Assembly (NCBI GenBank): GCA_965232595.1 | Contig: OZ246983.1 | Location: 1,352,022-1,416,021 of the forward strand | Origin: Candidatus Azotimanducaceae bacterium | GTDB lineage: Bacteria; Pseudomonadota; Gammaproteobacteria; Pseudomonadales; Azotimanducaceae | Direction of reading: 5' to 3' | DNA length: 64,000 nucleotides | Part shown: positions 24,444 through 41,076 of the stretch, in pieces | How the letters are laid out: each line of letters opens with the position of its first letter | How positions within the stretch are numbered: position 1 is the first letter of the stretch | Made by a program: the position numbers and the translations under genes | Notes under the pieces: generated by a model | The model's database searches: none | Seen by the model: only the letters and a program-made list of their open reading frames with translations | What the model was told of the DNA's origin: nothing

Positions 24444-24836
24444 TCAAACATCAGGGATGTCGGAATCTACACTCTCAGCTTCTTCAGTCAACTGCTCCTC
24501 AGGCAGGTCGACGACCGGGACTTCGTCTTCCGCCGGCGCCATATCGACCGCCGGTGCCTGTACCTGCGGGATGCCCAGCGTGCCCATGTTTGCGGCCCGC
24601 TCCTTGGCGGTCCAGGCCAGGCCGAAGGAGATGGCAAAAAAGCCGATGGCCAGCCAGACGGTCAGTTTGGTCAGGAAAGATGCAGAGCCACTGCTTCCGA
24701 ACATCGTATTGGAGGCGCCGCTGCCAAAGGCAGCACCCACGTCCGCACCACGGCCCTGCTGCAGAAGCACCAGCGCTGCCAGAGCGATGGCGTCAACCAC
24801 CAGCAGCATCAGCAGAACCAACTCTAACGTAGACAC
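24444..24836 (-). CDS. secG: Preprotein translocase subunit SecG
   Basis: The N-terminal two-TM region has the LLQQGRGADVGAAFGSGASNTMFG motif. The C-terminus is extended and acidic. Confidence 0.9.
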   Translation of the reverse strand: MSTLELVLLMLLVVDAIALAALVLLQQGRGADVGAAFGSGASNTMFGSSGSASFLTKLTVWLAIGFFAISFGLAWTAKERAANMGTLGIPQVQAPAVDMAPAEDEVPVVDLPEEQLTEEAESVDSDIPDV

Positions 24837-24873
24837 CGTCTACCCCCTGTACTCGTTACCTGATCCCTCGAGG

Positions 24874-25635
24874 CTAAGCCTCGAGCGCGCGGATGATCTC
24901 CGCAAATTCTTCGGCCTGAAGCGATGCACCGCCCACCAGGCCACCATCAATATCCTGCTCGGCAAACAACGTTCGGGCGTTTCCGCCTTTGACGCTGCCG
25001 CCGTAAAGCACCGGCAGTTCTTCCGCCAGCGCCGCCGAGCGCTCTGCCAGCACGGCCCGGATCACGCCGTGCATCTCCTGAGCGAGCTCCGGGGTTGCCG
25101 TTCGGCCGGTGCCAATGGCCCAGACCGGCTCGTAAGCCACCGCGGCCAACCCGCCTGCATGCTCGTCCAGCACCGCTTCGAGCTGCCGGACCACCACATC
25201 ACGGGCTTCGCCCGCTTCCCGCTCTGCCTCGGTCTCACCGACGCAGAGCATCGGTGCCAGGCCGGCACGGATCGCTCCGGCTACCTTCTCAGCGATCTGA
25301 GCATCTGACTCTGCCGCGTACTGGCGCCGTTCGGAGTGACCAACCAGCACCCATTGCGCGCCCAGATCGGCGAGCATCTCACCGGAAATCTCCCCGGTGA
25401 AGGCGCCTTCGGGCTCAGCGTGCAGCGTCTGGCCACCGACGGCGACCGAGCCGCTCAAGCCGGCCGCCTGCAAGGCGTCAGCGAGCACCGGCAGGTGCCC
25501 GAAGGTCGGAAAAAGCAGGATCTTCCCGGCTGGCTCGTAGCCATCCAGCGCTGCAGCGAGCGTTTGCACGTAGTCCGAAACGAACCGACGCGAGCCGTGC
25601 ATCTTCCAGTTGCCTGCGGCAATTCCGCGCTTCAT
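24874..25635 (-). CDS. tpiA: Triosephosphate isomerase
   Basis: It has the AAGNWKMHG, VGHSERR, AYEPVWAIGTG and GGSVK motifs. Confidence 0.96.
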   Translation of the reverse strand: MKRGIAAGNWKMHGSRRFVSDYVQTLAAALDGYEPAGKILLFPTFGHLPVLADALQAAGLSGSVAVGGQTLHAEPEGAFTGEISGEMLADLGAQWVLVGHSERRQYAAESDAQIAEKVAGAIRAGLAPMLCVGETEAEREAGEARDVVVRQLEAVLDEHAGGLAAVAYEPVWAIGTGRTATPELAQEMHGVIRAVLAERSAALAEELPVLYGGSVKGGNARTLFAEQDIDGGLVGGASLQAEEFAEIIRALEA

Positions 25636-25698
25636 GGCGCTCCCGCCTTCGAAGGGCGCGCAATCTTAACGGCAGATTGGTCGGGCAACAAGGGTGGC

Positions 25699-27045
25699 TT
25701 ACCCGCCTCCGCCGACCACCGCGACCAGCTCATCGGCCACCGCGTTGACCTCTTTCGGGTCCTCGCCCTCCACCATCACCCGGACCACGGGTTCGGTCCC
25801 CGAGGGCCGGATCAGCACCCGACCTCTATCGGCCAGGGCTTCGGTCTTTGCGGCTACGGCTGCGACCACATCCTGGCTGGTCGCCCTTTCTCTCGGCCCT
25901 TCCACCGCAACGTTTTTCAGCACCTGGGGCATTTTCCGCATGCCGGAGGCCAGCGCCTGCAGAGTCTTGCCGCTCTCCTGCAGAGCGCCGAGCACCTGCA
26001 GCGCCGCAATGATGGCGTCGCCGGTGGTGGTGAGGTCGAGGCAGATGATGTGCCCGGAGGACTCGCCGCCCAGCGACCAGTTCCGCTCCCGCAGGCTTTC
26101 GAGCACGTAGCGGTCGCCCACATCCGCCCGGTGGAAGCCGATGCCCGCCTCCTTAAACGCCCGCTCCATGCCGAAGTTGGACATCAGCGTGCCCACCACC
26201 CCACCGCCCAGCTTGCCGGCGGCCTGCCGGTGCATGGCGATGACGTAGACCAGCTGATCGCCATCGATCACGGCGCCGGTGTGGTCAACCATGACCACCC
26301 GGTCACCGTCGCCATCCAGCGCCACGCCCAGGTCCGCGCCCTCCGCGACGACCCGGGCGGCAAGTGCCTCCGGCGCCGTGGAGCCGCAGCCATCGTTGAT
26401 ATTGAATCCGTCCGGCGCAGCACTCATCACGGACACCCGGGCGCCCAGCTCGGAGAACACCCCGGGAGCCGTGTGATAGGTGGCGCCGTTCGCGCAATCG
26501 AGCACGATGTGCAGCCCGTTCAGGCGGAAGCCACGTCGAACCGATGCCTTGCAGAACTCGATGTAGCGGCCGGCAGCGTCCTCGATGCGCATTGCTTTGC
26601 CGAGCTCGTTCGATTCCACGCAGCGCATGTCTGCTTCGAGCTGGCGCTCGATGGCGAGCTCAATCTCATCCGGCAGCTTGTTACCCGCCGAGTCGAAGAA
26701 CTTGATGCCGTTGTCGTAGTAAGGGTTGTGCGAGGCGCTGATCACCACGCCGGCATCCGCACCCAGCGTCCGGGTCAGGTAGGCAACGCCAGGGGTCGGC
26801 ATGGGCCCCATCAGGCTGACGGTGGCGCCCGCCGAGACCAGGCCAGACTCGAGCACCGATTCCAGCATGTAGCCGGAGATCCTCGTGTCTTTGCCGATCA
26901 GCACGTGCGGAACGTGATCGTCCTTCTCCTTGTCGGCGAACACCTTGCCCACGGCCCACCCCAGCCGGAGGCAGAACTCCGGCGTGATCGGGGGTTTCCC
27001 TACCCGGCCACGAATGCCGTCAGTGCCGAAGTATTTTTTGCTCAT
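25699..27045 (-). CDS. glmM: Phosphoglucosamine mutase
   Basis: It has [13 protein letters not shown], the active-site sequence [13 protein letters not shown], and GDGDR. Start at ATG 27045. Confidence 0.96.
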   Translation of the reverse strand: MSKKYFGTDGIRGRVGKPPITPEFCLRLGWAVGKVFADKEKDDHVPHVLIGKDTRISGYMLESVLESGLVSAGATVSLMGPMPTPGVAYLTRTLGADAGVVISASHNPYYDNGIKFFDSAGNKLPDEIELAIERQLEADMRCVESNELGKAMRIEDAAGRYIEFCKASVRRGFRLNGLHIVLDCANGATYHTAPGVFSELGARVSVMSAAPDGFNINDGCGSTAPEALAARVVAEGADLGVALDGDGDRVVMVDHTGAVIDGDQLVYVIAMHRQAAGKLGGGVVGTLMSNFGMERAFKEAGIGFHRADVGDRYVLESLRERNWSLGGESSGHIICLDLTTTGDAIIAALQVLGALQESGKTLQALASGMRKMPQVLKNVAVEGPRERATSQDVVAAVAAKTEALADRGRVLIRPSGTEPVVRVMVEGEDPKEVNAVADELVAVVGGGG

Positions 27046-27064
27046 GGCTGTTCTCCGTTCGCCG

Positions 27065-27925
27065 CTAGCGGCCAGCGCTGTCCGGTCTCTGCACCGCGTC
27101 CAGGATTCTGAGCGCCTGCGCTGTCTCCGCGACGTCATGAACGCGGACGATGTCGGCACCGCGCTCGGCCGCCAGCACCGCCGCGCTGATGCTGCCGGGC
27201 ATTCTCTCATCCACGCCCGCGCCCGTCAGGGTGCCGATCATGCGCTTCCGGGACAGGCCCACCAGTATGGGCAGACCGTCTACCCGCAGCTCGGCCAGCG
27301 ACCGGAGCAGAGCCAGGTTGTGGTCGAGGGTTTTACCGAAGCCGAAACCCGGATCCAGGCAGATCCGCTCATCGGCAATGCCGGCGGATCTGGCAGCCCC
27401 GACTCTCGCCTGCAGAAACCCCCGTACTTCTGCCACCACGTCGGTGTAGCTCGGGTTGTCCTGCATGTCACCGGGCTGACCCTGCATGTGCATGATGCAG
27501 ACAGCGGCGTTCGAATCGGCGACGGTGTCGAGCATGGCCGCATCGGTCAGCCCGCTGACGTCGTTGATGAGATGGCAGCCCGCGTCCAGCGCCGCCCGCG
27601 CCACCGCAGGCTTACGCGTATCCACGGAAACAATGGTATCCAGCTCGCGAAGCGAATTCAGGACCGGGATCACGCGCTCGAGCTCGTCCGCTTCGCTGAC
27701 CGCGGCGGCACCCGGCCGCGTCGATTCGCCGCCGATATCCAGCAGGTCGGCGCCGGCTTCCAGCATGATTTCAGCTGCGGCGCGGACCCGGCCCACATCG
27801 AGCCGGGCGCCGCTGAGAAAGCGGCCGCCATCGGAAAAGGAGTCCGGAGTGAGGTTGAGCACACCCATGATGCGGGTGCGCTCGAGGGACAGCGTGCGAT
27901 CGCCTGTCTGGAGAGTGGTTCCCAT
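27065..27925 (-). CDS. folP: Dihydropteroate synthase
   Basis: It has [24 protein letters not shown] and GFGFGK motifs. Confidence 0.95.
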   Translation of the reverse strand: MGTTLQTGDRTLSLERTRIMGVLNLTPDSFSDGGRFLSGARLDVGRVRAAAEIMLEAGADLLDIGGESTRPGAAAVSEADELERVIPVLNSLRELDTIVSVDTRKPAVARAALDAGCHLINDVSGLTDAAMLDTVADSNAAVCIMHMQGQPGDMQDNPSYTDVVAEVRGFLQARVGAARSAGIADERICLDPGFGFGKTLDHNLALLRSLAELRVDGLPILVGLSRKRMIGTLTGAGVDERMPGSISAAVLAAERGADIVRVHDVAETAQALRILDAVQRPDSAGR

Positions 27926-27969
27926 GGCCCCGGCCGCGCTGTCAGCGCGACGGTCGGCGCCCCGCCGGA

Positions 27970-29880
27970 TCAGTGATCTTCGGCGGGACCTCCGATGGGG
28001 GACTCGGTATCACCGTCCTCACCGCCCGGAGCCTGAGTAGACGGCGGCGGCAGGTCGGCAGGATCCCGAGGCTTGGCCCCGGCCATGATGTCGTCGATCT
28101 GATCGCTGGAGATCGTTTCGAACTCCACCAGCGCGTCCGCCATCATGTGCAGCTTGTCTTCGTTCTCCGTCAGCAGCCGGGTTGCGGTGCCGTAACACTC
28201 ATCGATGATCTTGCGCACTTCCTCGTCGATGGCCCGAGCCGTGTCGTCCGAGAACGCCTTCGGCTTGACGCCGCCGGACATCCCGAGGAACACCTCGCCG
28301 TCGTCATCGTCGTACATCACCGGCCCCATGCTGTCGGAGAGGCCCCAACGCGTCACCATGCTGCGCGCGAGGCCGGTAGCGCGCTCGATGTCGTTGGATG
28401 CACCGGTGGTCACGTACTCGGGACCGAGAATCATCTCCTCGGCGATCCGGCCGCCAAAGAGCGAGCAGATCTGGCTCTTTACGCTCTGCCGGGACAGGCT
28501 GTAGCGGTCTTCTTCGGGCAGGAACATGGTCACGCCCAGGGCTCTGCCGCGGGGAATGATCGTTACCTTATAGACCGGATCATGATCCGGCACCAACCGT
28601 CCAACGATGGCGTGACCCGCCTCGTGGTAGGCGGTGTTGCGCTTTTCTTTTTCCGACATGACCATCGATTTGCGCTCGGCGCCCATCATGATCTTGTCCT
28701 TGGCTTTCTCGAACTCCTCCATCTCGACCAGCCGCTTGGTGGCCCGGGCAGCAAACAGCGCCGCCTCGTTCACCAGGTTGGCCAGGTCAGCACCGGAGAA
28801 GCCGGGCGTACCGCGAGCGATGATGGCCGGATCCACGTCGTCGGACAGCGGCACTTTGCGCATGTGCACCTTGAGGATCTGCTCGCGGCCGCGGATGTCT
28901 GGCAGGCCGACCACAACCTGGCGGTCGAATCGTCCCGGACGCAGCAGCGCCGGATCGAGCACGTCCGGTCGGTTGGTGGCGGCAATCACGATGATGCCGT
29001 CATTGGCCTCGAAGCCGTCCATCTCGACCAGCAGCTGGTTCAACGTCTGCTCGCGCTCGTCGTGGCCACCGCCGAGACCGGCGCCACGATGGCGACCAAC
29101 CGCATCGATCTCGTCGATGAAGATGATGCAGGGGGCCTGCTTCTTCGCCTGCTCGAACATGTCCCGTACCCGTGATGCACCCACACCGACGAACATCTCG
29201 ACGAAGTCGGAGCCGGATATGGAGAAGAACGGCACCTTGGCCTCACCGGCGATGGCCTTCGCCAGCAGGGTCTTACCCGTTCCGGGCTGGCCCACCATCA
29301 GGATGCCTCGCGGGATGCGTCCGCCGAGGCGCTGAAACTTGCCCGGATCACGCAGGAACTCCACCAGCTCCTGCACGTCTTCTTTGGCTTCATCGACCCC
29401 TGCCACGTCGGCAAAGGTGGTTTTGATCTGATCTTCGGAGAGCAGGCGCGCTTTTGACTTGCCGAACGCCATGGGCCCACCACGGCCGCTGCCACCTCCC
29501 TGCATCTGCCGCATGAACAGCATGAAGACGGCAATGATGATCAGGATCGGGAAGCTGGCGATCAGCAGCTGCGACCAGATGCTGGGCTCATGAGGCAGCA
29601 CGCCGTGCACTTCCACGTTGTGGTTATAAAGGTCGTCGAGCAGCTTGGGGTCTTCCACGTTGGGCTTGACCACCTGGAACTCTTCCCCGTTACGCTTCTG
29701 GCCAACGATGAGTGGCCCGTCGAACTCCACCCGGGAGATCTGGTCCGTGCGGACCTGCTCGATGAAATCCGAGTAGCTGACCGATAACGGTTCCTGCTTG
29801 ACGTTGAAATTGTTGAAGACGGTCAGCAGTACCGCGGCGATGATCAGCCACAGCAGTAAGTTTTTTCCCATATCAGTCAA
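27970..29880 (-). CDS. ftsH: ATP-dependent zinc metalloprotease FtsH
   Basis: It has the Walker A motif [13 protein letters not shown], the SRH region, and the zinc site HEAGHAIV. Confidence 0.98.
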   Translation of the reverse strand: MTDMGKNLLLWLIIAAVLLTVFNNFNVKQEPLSVSYSDFIEQVRTDQISRVEFDGPLIVGQKRNGEEFQVVKPNVEDPKLLDDLYNHNVEVHGVLPHEPSIWSQLLIASFPILIIIAVFMLFMRQMQGGGSGRGGPMAFGKSKARLLSEDQIKTTFADVAGVDEAKEDVQELVEFLRDPGKFQRLGGRIPRGILMVGQPGTGKTLLAKAIAGEAKVPFFSISGSDFVEMFVGVGASRVRDMFEQAKKQAPCIIFIDEIDAVGRHRGAGLGGGHDEREQTLNQLLVEMDGFEANDGIIVIAATNRPDVLDPALLRPGRFDRQVVVGLPDIRGREQILKVHMRKVPLSDDVDPAIIARGTPGFSGADLANLVNEAALFAARATKRLVEMEEFEKAKDKIMMGAERKSMVMSEKEKRNTAYHEAGHAIVGRLVPDHDPVYKVTIIPRGRALGVTMFLPEEDRYSLSRQSVKSQICSLFGGRIAEEMILGPEYVTTGASNDIERATGLARSMVTRWGLSDSMGPVMYDDDDGEVFLGMSGGVKPKAFSDDTARAIDEEVRKIIDECYGTATRLLTENEDKLHMMADALVEFETISSDQIDDIMAGAKPRDPADLPPPSTQAPGGEDGDTESPIGGPAEDH

Positions 29881-30044
29881 GGACTTATCCTCTTCTGCCC
29901 AATTCAGGCCCCGATCTAGGCAATGGGCCGGGCAGGTCAGTTTTGGTGGGCGGACGCCAAGCCTACACCACTTCCACGCGACTTTCTTTCAGGGAAGTTC
30001 TGCCTGATTCACATCGGCAACACATGAATCGGCAACAACTCCAT

Positions 30045-30692
30045 TCAGCCGCGCGGTCGGTATTTCTGGGCTACCGCGTACATTTCCCGGGAATCCGGCC
30101 GGGAAGCTTCAGGTTTCACCTGTTTGAAGGCGTCGTACTTGCTGCGAATCCGCCGGATCCAGTCTTCTACACCTTCGCCCTGGAATATCTTGACCACAAG
30201 AGCGCCGCCAGGTTTCAACCATCTGTCCGCTGCGAGCTCCGCCAGCTCCACGAGCTCCATGGAACGGGCCTGATCCGCGGTGCGGATACCACTGATGTTG
30301 GGGGCCATATCAGACAAAACAAGGTCGAGGGGCCGGTTTTCGAGCAGTTCGTCTATTTTGTTGTCTACTTCCGGGTCGCCGAACAGCCCTTCGACCAGCA
30401 CGGTCTCGGCAGCAATGGTCACCGGCCGATAGTCGACGGCAATGAGGAAGCCACCCGGCGCGATTTCCTCCTCCAGGTAACAGGTCCAGCCGCCGGGCGC
30501 GGCACCGAGTTCCAGCACCCGCATGCCCGGCTTCAGCAGTCGAAACCGCTGGTTCAGCTGCTCGAGCTTGAAGTGCGCACGGGAGGTCTTGCCCGTTTCC
30601 ACCGCTTTTTTAGTGAACGGGTCTTTGCGCTGCCGGCTCAACCAGCGCTCGCTGGACTTGCTCCGGCCTTTTTTCCTGTTGCTGCCCGACAT
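30045..30692 (-). CDS. rlmE: 23S rRNA (uridine2552-2'-O)-methyltransferase RlmE/FtsJ
   Basis: It has KSSERWL, the SAM motif VLELGAAPGGW, and DLVLSDMAPN. Start taken at MSGSNRKK (30692). Confidence 0.92.
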   Translation of the reverse strand: MSGSNRKKGRSKSSERWLSRQRKDPFTKKAVETGKTSRAHFKLEQLNQRFRLLKPGMRVLELGAAPGGWTCYLEEEIAPGGFLIAVDYRPVTIAAETVLVEGLFGDPEVDNKIDELLENRPLDLVLSDMAPNISGIRTADQARSMELVELAELAADRWLKPGGALVVKIFQGEGVEDWIRRIRSKYDAFKQVKPEASRPDSREMYAVAQKYRPRG

Positions 30693-30715
30693 AGGTCGCA
30701 TCATACCCGAGCCCG

Positions 30716-30744
30716 CTTGCACCGCCGTGATCTGGCCCTACAAT
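30716..30744 (+). promoter_or_regulatory. Candidate sigma-70 promoter for yhbY
   Basis: CTTGCA (30716..30721), a 17-nt spacer, then TACAAT (30739..30744). It lies about 48 nt upstream of the yhbY GTG. Identified by sequence pattern only. Confidence 0.45.
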
Positions 30745-30791
30745 GCGCCCTCCCTTTCTGCCGCTGCCGAGCAGCACCCAAGGAGCCTCAA

Positions 30792-31097
30792 GTGGATAGC
30801 GCTGAGCGCAAAAACCTCCGCCGCATTGCCCATCATCTGCACCCGGTCGTCATGATTGGCGACGGCGGCGTTTCCGATGCCGTGATCGCCGAGACCAATC
30901 GGGCCCTGGACGATCACGAGCTGATCAAGGTGAAGGTGAACGCCCTGGATCGGGCGGATCGCGGCGAGATGATTACGGCCCTGGTCGAAGCCTGCGCGGC
31001 GGAAGCGGTGCAGACCATCGGCAAGGTCGTCGTGCTTTATCGGCAAAATCCCGAGGCTAACCCTGAGCTGTCCAACCTGAGCAGGGCGGGTCGCTAG
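30792..31097 (+). CDS. yhbY: Ribosome assembly RNA-binding protein YhbY (CRM domain)
   Basis: It has the LRRIAHHLHPVVMIGDGGVS...ELIKVKV motif. The GTG start has an AAGGAG 6 nt upstream. It is divergent from rlmE, as in other gammaproteobacteria. Confidence 0.88.
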   Translation: MDSAERKNLRRIAHHLHPVVMIGDGGVSDAVIAETNRALDDHELIKVKVNALDRADRGEMITALVEACAAEAVQTIGKVVVLYRQNPEANPELSNLSRAGR

Positions 31098-31124
31098 GGG
31101 CAGAGCACCGTCTTCTGCCGCGGC

Positions 31125-31598
31125 TCAGATATGCTCCACCGAGTCGATCTCGTACTCGAGCTCGCCTGACGGCGTCTGCACGACGGCCACATCCCCTTCG
31201 CTCTTGCCGACGATGCCGCGGGCAATGGGTGACATGATGGATATCTTGCCCGCTTTCAGGTCGGCCTCGTCCTCGCCGACGATCTTGTAGCGGATCTCCT
31301 TGCCGCTGTCGGCATCGATCAGCGTCACCGTGGCGCCGAAAATCACCTTGCCGGACGGCTTGATCTTGCTGATGTCGATCACCTGGGCGTCCGCCAGCTT
31401 GCTCTCGATCTCAGTGATCCGGCCTTCGTTGAAACCCTGCTGCTCACGGGCCGCGTGGTACTCGGCGTTCTCTTTCAGATCGCCGTGCTCACGAGCCTCG
31501 GCAATGGCCTGCGTGATCTCCGGGCGCAGCACGGACTTCCTGTGCTGCAGCTCTTCACGCAGCGCGTCCGCGCCTTCCTGTGTCATGGGTATGGGCAT
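31125..31598 (-). CDS. greA: Transcription elongation factor GreA
   Basis: 157 aa with [16 protein letters not shown] and the C-terminal FKBP-like domain. Confidence 0.96.
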   Translation of the reverse strand: MPIPMTQEGADALREELQHRKSVLRPEITQAIAEAREHGDLKENAEYHAAREQQGFNEGRITEIESKLADAQVIDISKIKPSGKVIFGATVTLIDADSGKEIRYKIVGEDEADLKAGKISIMSPIARGIVGKSEGDVAVVQTPSGELEYEIDSVEHI

Positions 31599-31670
31599 TC
31601 GGAGATTCTGCCTGGAAAAGGCGGCGCTGCCCAGCGCGCTCGCCGAGCGCGCTCCGGGAGCAGCCGGCTT

Positions 31671-34885
<3,215 letters not shown>

Positions 34886-34886
<1 letters not shown>

Positions 34887-36019
34887 CAGCTCTTTGCCTC
34901 CATCATCTGCACAAACTGATCGAACAGGTACTCGCAGTCCTGCGGGCCCGGGCTGGCTTCCGGGTGACCCTGGAAGCCGAAGGCGGGTCGGTCCGTTCGG
35001 CGCACGCCCTGCAGGGTGCCATCGAACAGGGAGACGTGGGTCGTCTCCAGGCAGTTGGGCAGGGACTCGGCATCTACCGCGAAGCCGTGGTTCTGGCTGG
35101 TGATGATCACCTGCTCGGAGCGCAGGTCTTTCACCGGGTGGTTCGCGCCGTGGTGGCCGTGCGGCATCTTCATGGTTCCGGCGCCGCTGGCCAGCGCCAG
35201 CAGCTGATGACCGAGGCAGATGCCGAAGATCGGCAGGTCGGTATCGAGCAGCGTGCGAATGGCATCGATGGCGTAGGCACAGGGCTCCGGATCACCGGGC
35301 CCGTTCGACAGGAAGATTCCATCCGGCTTCAGCGCCAGCACGTCTTCCGCGGAAGTCTCGGCGGGCACCACCGTGATCCGGCAGCCTCGAGCTGCCAGCA
35401 GGCGCAGGATGTTGCGCTTGACGCCGAAGTCGTAGGCCACCACGTGGAACCGCTCGTCCGTGCGCTGGCCATAACCATCGGCCAGGTCCCAGACCGACTC
35501 GGTCCAGTCCGCCTGGTCTGCCCGGCTCACCACCTTCGCCAGATCCATGCCGGCAAGTCCCGGGAAGGCCTGAGCCGCCGCCAGCGCTTCCGCTTCGGTG
35601 GCGTCGCCAGCGATGATGCAACCAGCCAGCGCGCCTTTCTCACGGATCAACCGGGTCAGCCGGCGGGTGTCGACCTCGGCGATGGCCACCACGTTTTCGG
35701 AGAGAAGATACTCGGGCAGCGTCATGGACATGCGCCAGCTGCTGGCCAGGCGGGGCAGCTGCCGTATCACCAGGCCGCTGGCCCAGACCTGGTCTGACTC
35801 CACGTCTTCGGGATTGGCGCCGGTGTTGCCGATTTGGGGATAGGTGAGGGTGACGATCTGCCGGGCGTAAGAAGGATCGGTGAGGATCTCCTGGTAGCCG
35901 GTCATGGCGGTATTGAAAACCACCTCACCCACGGACTGACCCTCAATACCAATGGACGTCCCGTGAAACAGGCTGCCGTCCTCAAGGGCGAGTAACGCCG
36001 GTGTCAATGTCGTGCCCAA
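34886..36019 (-). CDS. carA: Carbamoyl-phosphate synthase small subunit
   Basis: It has a glutamine amidotransferase domain ([14 protein letters not shown]). Its stop overlaps the carB start by 1 nt (TGATG). Confidence 0.97.
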
Positions 36020-36091
36020 AACCTCGTTGAAACTTGCGCGGGCCCTTTTCTTCAGCCTCCCGCAGGGGCTGCGCGTAAAGGACTCGCCTGT

Positions 36092-36118
36092 AAAAAAGCG
36101 GAAGCGAATGCTCCCGCT
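36092..36118 (-). terminator. Intrinsic terminator between dapB and carA (dapB terminator and/or carA leader attenuator)
   Basis: On the minus strand, the 9-bp stem AGCGGGAGC-ATTC-GCTTCCGCT (one G:U pair) is followed by TTTTTT. Confidence 0.7.
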
Positions 36119-36167
36119 GATCTGGGTCGCGTAGTCTACCGGAGAGCTTCAGTGAAGCCCAGGATTT

Positions 36168-38107
<1,940 letters not shown>

Positions 38108-38154
38108 CCGTCGTCGACTCTCTTTCTGCTCCGCTCCGACCCCTCGCCCGAGCG

Positions 38155-38241
38155 CCCCTTCTTATACAGGAAGGGGGGTATGACTACCCCCCGAATGTTT
38201 GCACGCTTCCTTCGCGTGCGGCGGCCGCCGCTGGCGGCCGC
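38155..38241 (-). other. Cluster of four GC-rich stem-loops in the dnaK-dnaJ spacer
   Basis: The four inverted repeats are: 38221..38241 (9-bp stem gcggccgcc/ggcggccgc), 38201..38219 (gcacgc/gcgtgc), 38173..38192 (ggggggta/tacccccc) and 38155..38176 (ccccttc/gaagggg). The last two share the same G/C run, so they are mutually exclusive. Confidence 0.6.
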
Positions 38242-38263
38242 TCAGTTAGCGTTGGCGAGACGA

Positions 38264-40210
38264 TCAGTCCTTCTTCTCGTCGTCCTTCACTTCTTCGAAC
38301 TCGGCATCTACCGCGTCCGCGTCCGCCCCGGAGGTCGCACCATCGCTGGCGCCGTCGGCACCCGGCGCGCCGTCCATGCCGGCCGCGGCTGCTTCCTCGG
38401 CGTACATCTTCTGCGCGAGGCTGGCCGATGCTTCGGACAGGGCCTGCATCTTCGCTTCGATGTCCGCCTTGTCGTCGCCCTTCAGCGCTTCTTCCAGCGC
38501 GCTGGCCGCACCTTCGATGGCCGTTTTCTCTTCTTCCGTGGCTTTGTCACCAGCATCGGTGACCGCCTTGCGGGCCGCGTGCACCAGACCGTCCGCCTGA
38601 TTGCGCAGGTTCACCATCTCCTCGAACTTGGCGTCCTCTTCGGAGTGCGCTTCCGCATCGCGGACCATCTGATCGATCTCGTCCTCAGAGAGGCCGGAGG
38701 ACGCCTTGATCACGATGGACTGCTCTTTGCCCGTGGCCTTGTCCTTGGCGGACACGTTCAGGATGCCGTTCGCATCGATGTCGAAGGCAACCTCGATCTG
38801 CGGCATGCCGCGCGGCGCCGGCGGGATGTCAGCGAGGTCGAAGCGTCCCAGCGACTTGTTCTGCGCCGCCTGCTTACGCTCACCCTGCAGCACGTGAATG
38901 GTCACCGCGGTCTGATTATCGTCAGCCGTGGAGAACACCTGAGTCTTCTTGGTCGGGATGGTCGTGTTCTTCTCGATCAGCACGCTCATCACCTGGCCCA
39001 GGGTCTCGATGCCGAGGGACAGCGGCGTCACGTCGAGCAGCAGCACGTCCTTGACGTCACCGGAGAGCACGGCCGCCTGGATGGCAGCACCAACCGCTAC
39101 CGCTTCGTCCGGGTTCACGTCCTTGCGCGCTTCTTTGCCGAAGAACTCTTTCACCTTCTCCTGCACCAGGGGCATGCGGGTCTGGCCACCGACCAGGATC
39201 ACGTCGTCGATGTCGGAAGCCGTGAGGCCGGCATCTTCCATCGCGGTCTTGCAGGGCCCGATGGTCCGCTCCACCAGATCTTCCACCAGCGACTCGAGCT
39301 TGGCCCGGGTCAGCTTCAGCACCAGGTGCTTCGGTCCGGACTGATCCGCCGTAATGTACGGCAGGTTGATCTCGGTCTGCTGGCTGTTGGAGAGCTCGAT
39401 CTTCGCCTTCTCGGCCGCTTCCTTCAGACGCTGCAGCGCCAGCGGATCGTTGTGCAGATCCACGCCGTTGTCTTTCTTGAACTCGTCCGCGAGGTAGTCG
39501 ATCACCCGCAGGTCGAAATCCTCACCGCCGAGGAAGGTATCACCGTTGGTAGAGAGCACTTCGAACTGGTGCTCGCCATCGATCTCGGCGATCTCGATGA
39601 TGGAGACGTCGAAGGTACCGCCGCCGAGGTCGTACACCACGATCTTGTGGTCGCCGCGCTGCTTGTCCATGCCGTAGGCGAGGGCAGCCGCGGTCGGCTC
39701 GTTGATGATCCGCTTGACGTCGAGGCCGGCAATCCGCCCGGCATCCTTGGTCGCCTGGCGCTGCGAGTCGTCGAAGTAGGCCGGCACGGTGATCACCGCT
39801 TCGGTCACCTCTTCACCGAGGTACTCCTCTGCCGTCTTCTTCATCTTCTTCAGCGTTTCCGCAGAGATCTGCGGCGGCGCCAGCTGCTCGCCCTTCACCT
39901 CGATCCAGGCGTCACCATTGGACGCCTCGGCGATTTTGTAGGGGACCATCTTGATGTCTTTCTGCACCACGTCCGAGGCGAACTTGCGGCCGATCAGCCG
40001 CTTCACGGCGAACAGCGTGTTGTCCGGATTGGTCACCGCCTGCCGCTTGGCGCTCTGGCCAACCAGGATCTCGCCGTCATCCGTATAGGCGATGATGGAA
40101 GGCGTCGTCCGATCGCCCTCGGAGTTCTCGATGACCTTGGCGTCTTTGCCTTCCAGCACGGCCACACAGGAATTGGTGGTGCCGAGGTCGATGCCGATGA
40201 CTTTACCCAT
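38264..40210 (-). CDS. dnaK: Chaperone DnaK (Hsp70)
   Basis: 648 aa with the [17 protein letters not shown] and [11 protein letters not shown] signatures. Confidence 0.99.
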   Translation of the reverse strand: MGKVIGIDLGTTNSCVAVLEGKDAKVIENSEGDRTTPSIIAYTDDGEILVGQSAKRQAVTNPDNTLFAVKRLIGRKFASDVVQKDIKMVPYKIAEASNGDAWIEVKGEQLAPPQISAETLKKMKKTAEEYLGEEVTEAVITVPAYFDDSQRQATKDAGRIAGLDVKRIINEPTAAALAYGMDKQRGDHKIVVYDLGGGTFDVSIIEIAEIDGEHQFEVLSTNGDTFLGGEDFDLRVIDYLADEFKKDNGVDLHNDPLALQRLKEAAEKAKIELSNSQQTEINLPYITADQSGPKHLVLKLTRAKLESLVEDLVERTIGPCKTAMEDAGLTASDIDDVILVGGQTRMPLVQEKVKEFFGKEARKDVNPDEAVAVGAAIQAAVLSGDVKDVLLLDVTPLSLGIETLGQVMSVLIEKNTTIPTKKTQVFSTADDNQTAVTIHVLQGERKQAAQNKSLGRFDLADIPPAPRGMPQIEVAFDIDANGILNVSAKDKATGKEQSIVIKASSGLSEDEIDQMVRDAEAHSEEDAKFEEMVNLRNQADGLVHAARKAVTDAGDKATEEEKTAIEGAASALEEALKGDDKADIEAKMQALSEASASLAQKMYAEEAAAAGMDGAPGADGASDGATSGADADAVDAEFEEVKDDEKKD

Positions 40211-40288
40211 TACTAGTCTCCAAAATGTCCTTTCTTCTGCTGCCGGAACCTGATCTGGCCGGAAGCCTAAAACTGTCTATGCCCCTCT

Positions 40289-40316
40289 ATATTTGGGCAT
40301 CTGGCTGGGATTCAAC
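40289..40316 (-). promoter_or_regulatory. Candidate sigma-32 (RpoH) promoter for dnaK
   Basis: On the minus strand, GTTGAA, a 13-nt spacer, then CCCAAATAT. The spacing is the same as in the grpE promoter. It is a partial match to the CTTGAA-N13-15-CCCCATNT consensus. Confidence 0.5.
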
Positions 40317-40346
40317 TCCTCGAGAGGCTCCCATTTTCGCGCAGCA

Positions 40347-40961
40347 TCAGCTCTGGGCCGGTGCTTTGCTGACCACCACCATGGCAGCCCGAACCAGGCG
40401 GCCGTTCAGCGTGTAACCTGCCTGCATCACGTCGAGCACCGAGTTCGGCTCGGCATCCGGGTTCTCGACCATGGCCATGGCCTCGTGCAGCTGCGGGTCG
40501 AAGGGCTCGCCAACAGGGTGAATGCGGCTGATGCCCGTCTTCTCCAGCACGTCGAGGAAAAGCTTCAGCGACAGCTCCACCCCTTCGCCAATCGCGTTCG
40601 CGTCTGCGGAGTCCGCCCCGCTGCCGGCCGCTTCCACCGCCTTCTCCAGGCTGTCGATCACGGGCAACAGCTCCGAGGTGAACTTCTCGAGGGCAAACTT
40701 ATGAGCGTTCTCAACGTCCCTGGCAGCACGCCGACGGATGTTCTCCGCTTCCGCCTGACCGCGCAGGGCCTGGTCTTTCAGGGCCTCCACCTCTTCCCGG
40801 GCGGCGGCAAGCTGGGCGGCCAGCTCATCCGCTGATGCTGCCTGCGCCCCGGCGCCGGCGGCGTCTGCATCGCTGGTCCCAGCTTCCGCGGCCTGGTTTT
40901 CGTCAACCTTCTGGTCGAGCTGCTCGCTCAGGTCGTCTTTTTTGTCCTCGGCGTCTGCCAT
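40347..40961 (-). CDS. grpE: Nucleotide exchange factor GrpE
   Basis: It has an acidic N-terminus, a coiled coil, and the C-terminal motif [16 protein letters not shown]. Confidence 0.95.
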   Translation of the reverse strand: MADAEDKKDDLSEQLDQKVDENQAAEAGTSDADAAGAGAQAASADELAAQLAAAREEVEALKDQALRGQAEAENIRRRAARDVENAHKFALEKFTSELLPVIDSLEKAVEAAGSGADSADANAIGEGVELSLKLFLDVLEKTGISRIHPVGEPFDPQLHEAMAMVENPDAEPNSVLDVMQAGYTLNGRLVRAAMVVVSKAPAQS

Positions 40962-41002
40962 CTGGCCTCGTTCTCCGCTTCAAGGGTGTATTGCCACCCG
41001 GA

Positions 41003-41033
41003 AAGTGGGGGCAGGTGGGTGCAATTCAAGGGG
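41003..41033 (-). promoter_or_regulatory. Candidate sigma-32 (RpoH) promoter for grpE
   Basis: On the minus strand, CCCTTGAA, a 13-nt spacer, then CCCCACTT. This is a close match to the sigma-32 consensus and lies about 40 to 70 nt upstream of the grpE ATG. Confidence 0.65.
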
Positions 41034-41076
41034 CAACACCCGGAATTCCGGGCGTTATTTTGCAGTGCAGGTCGGT

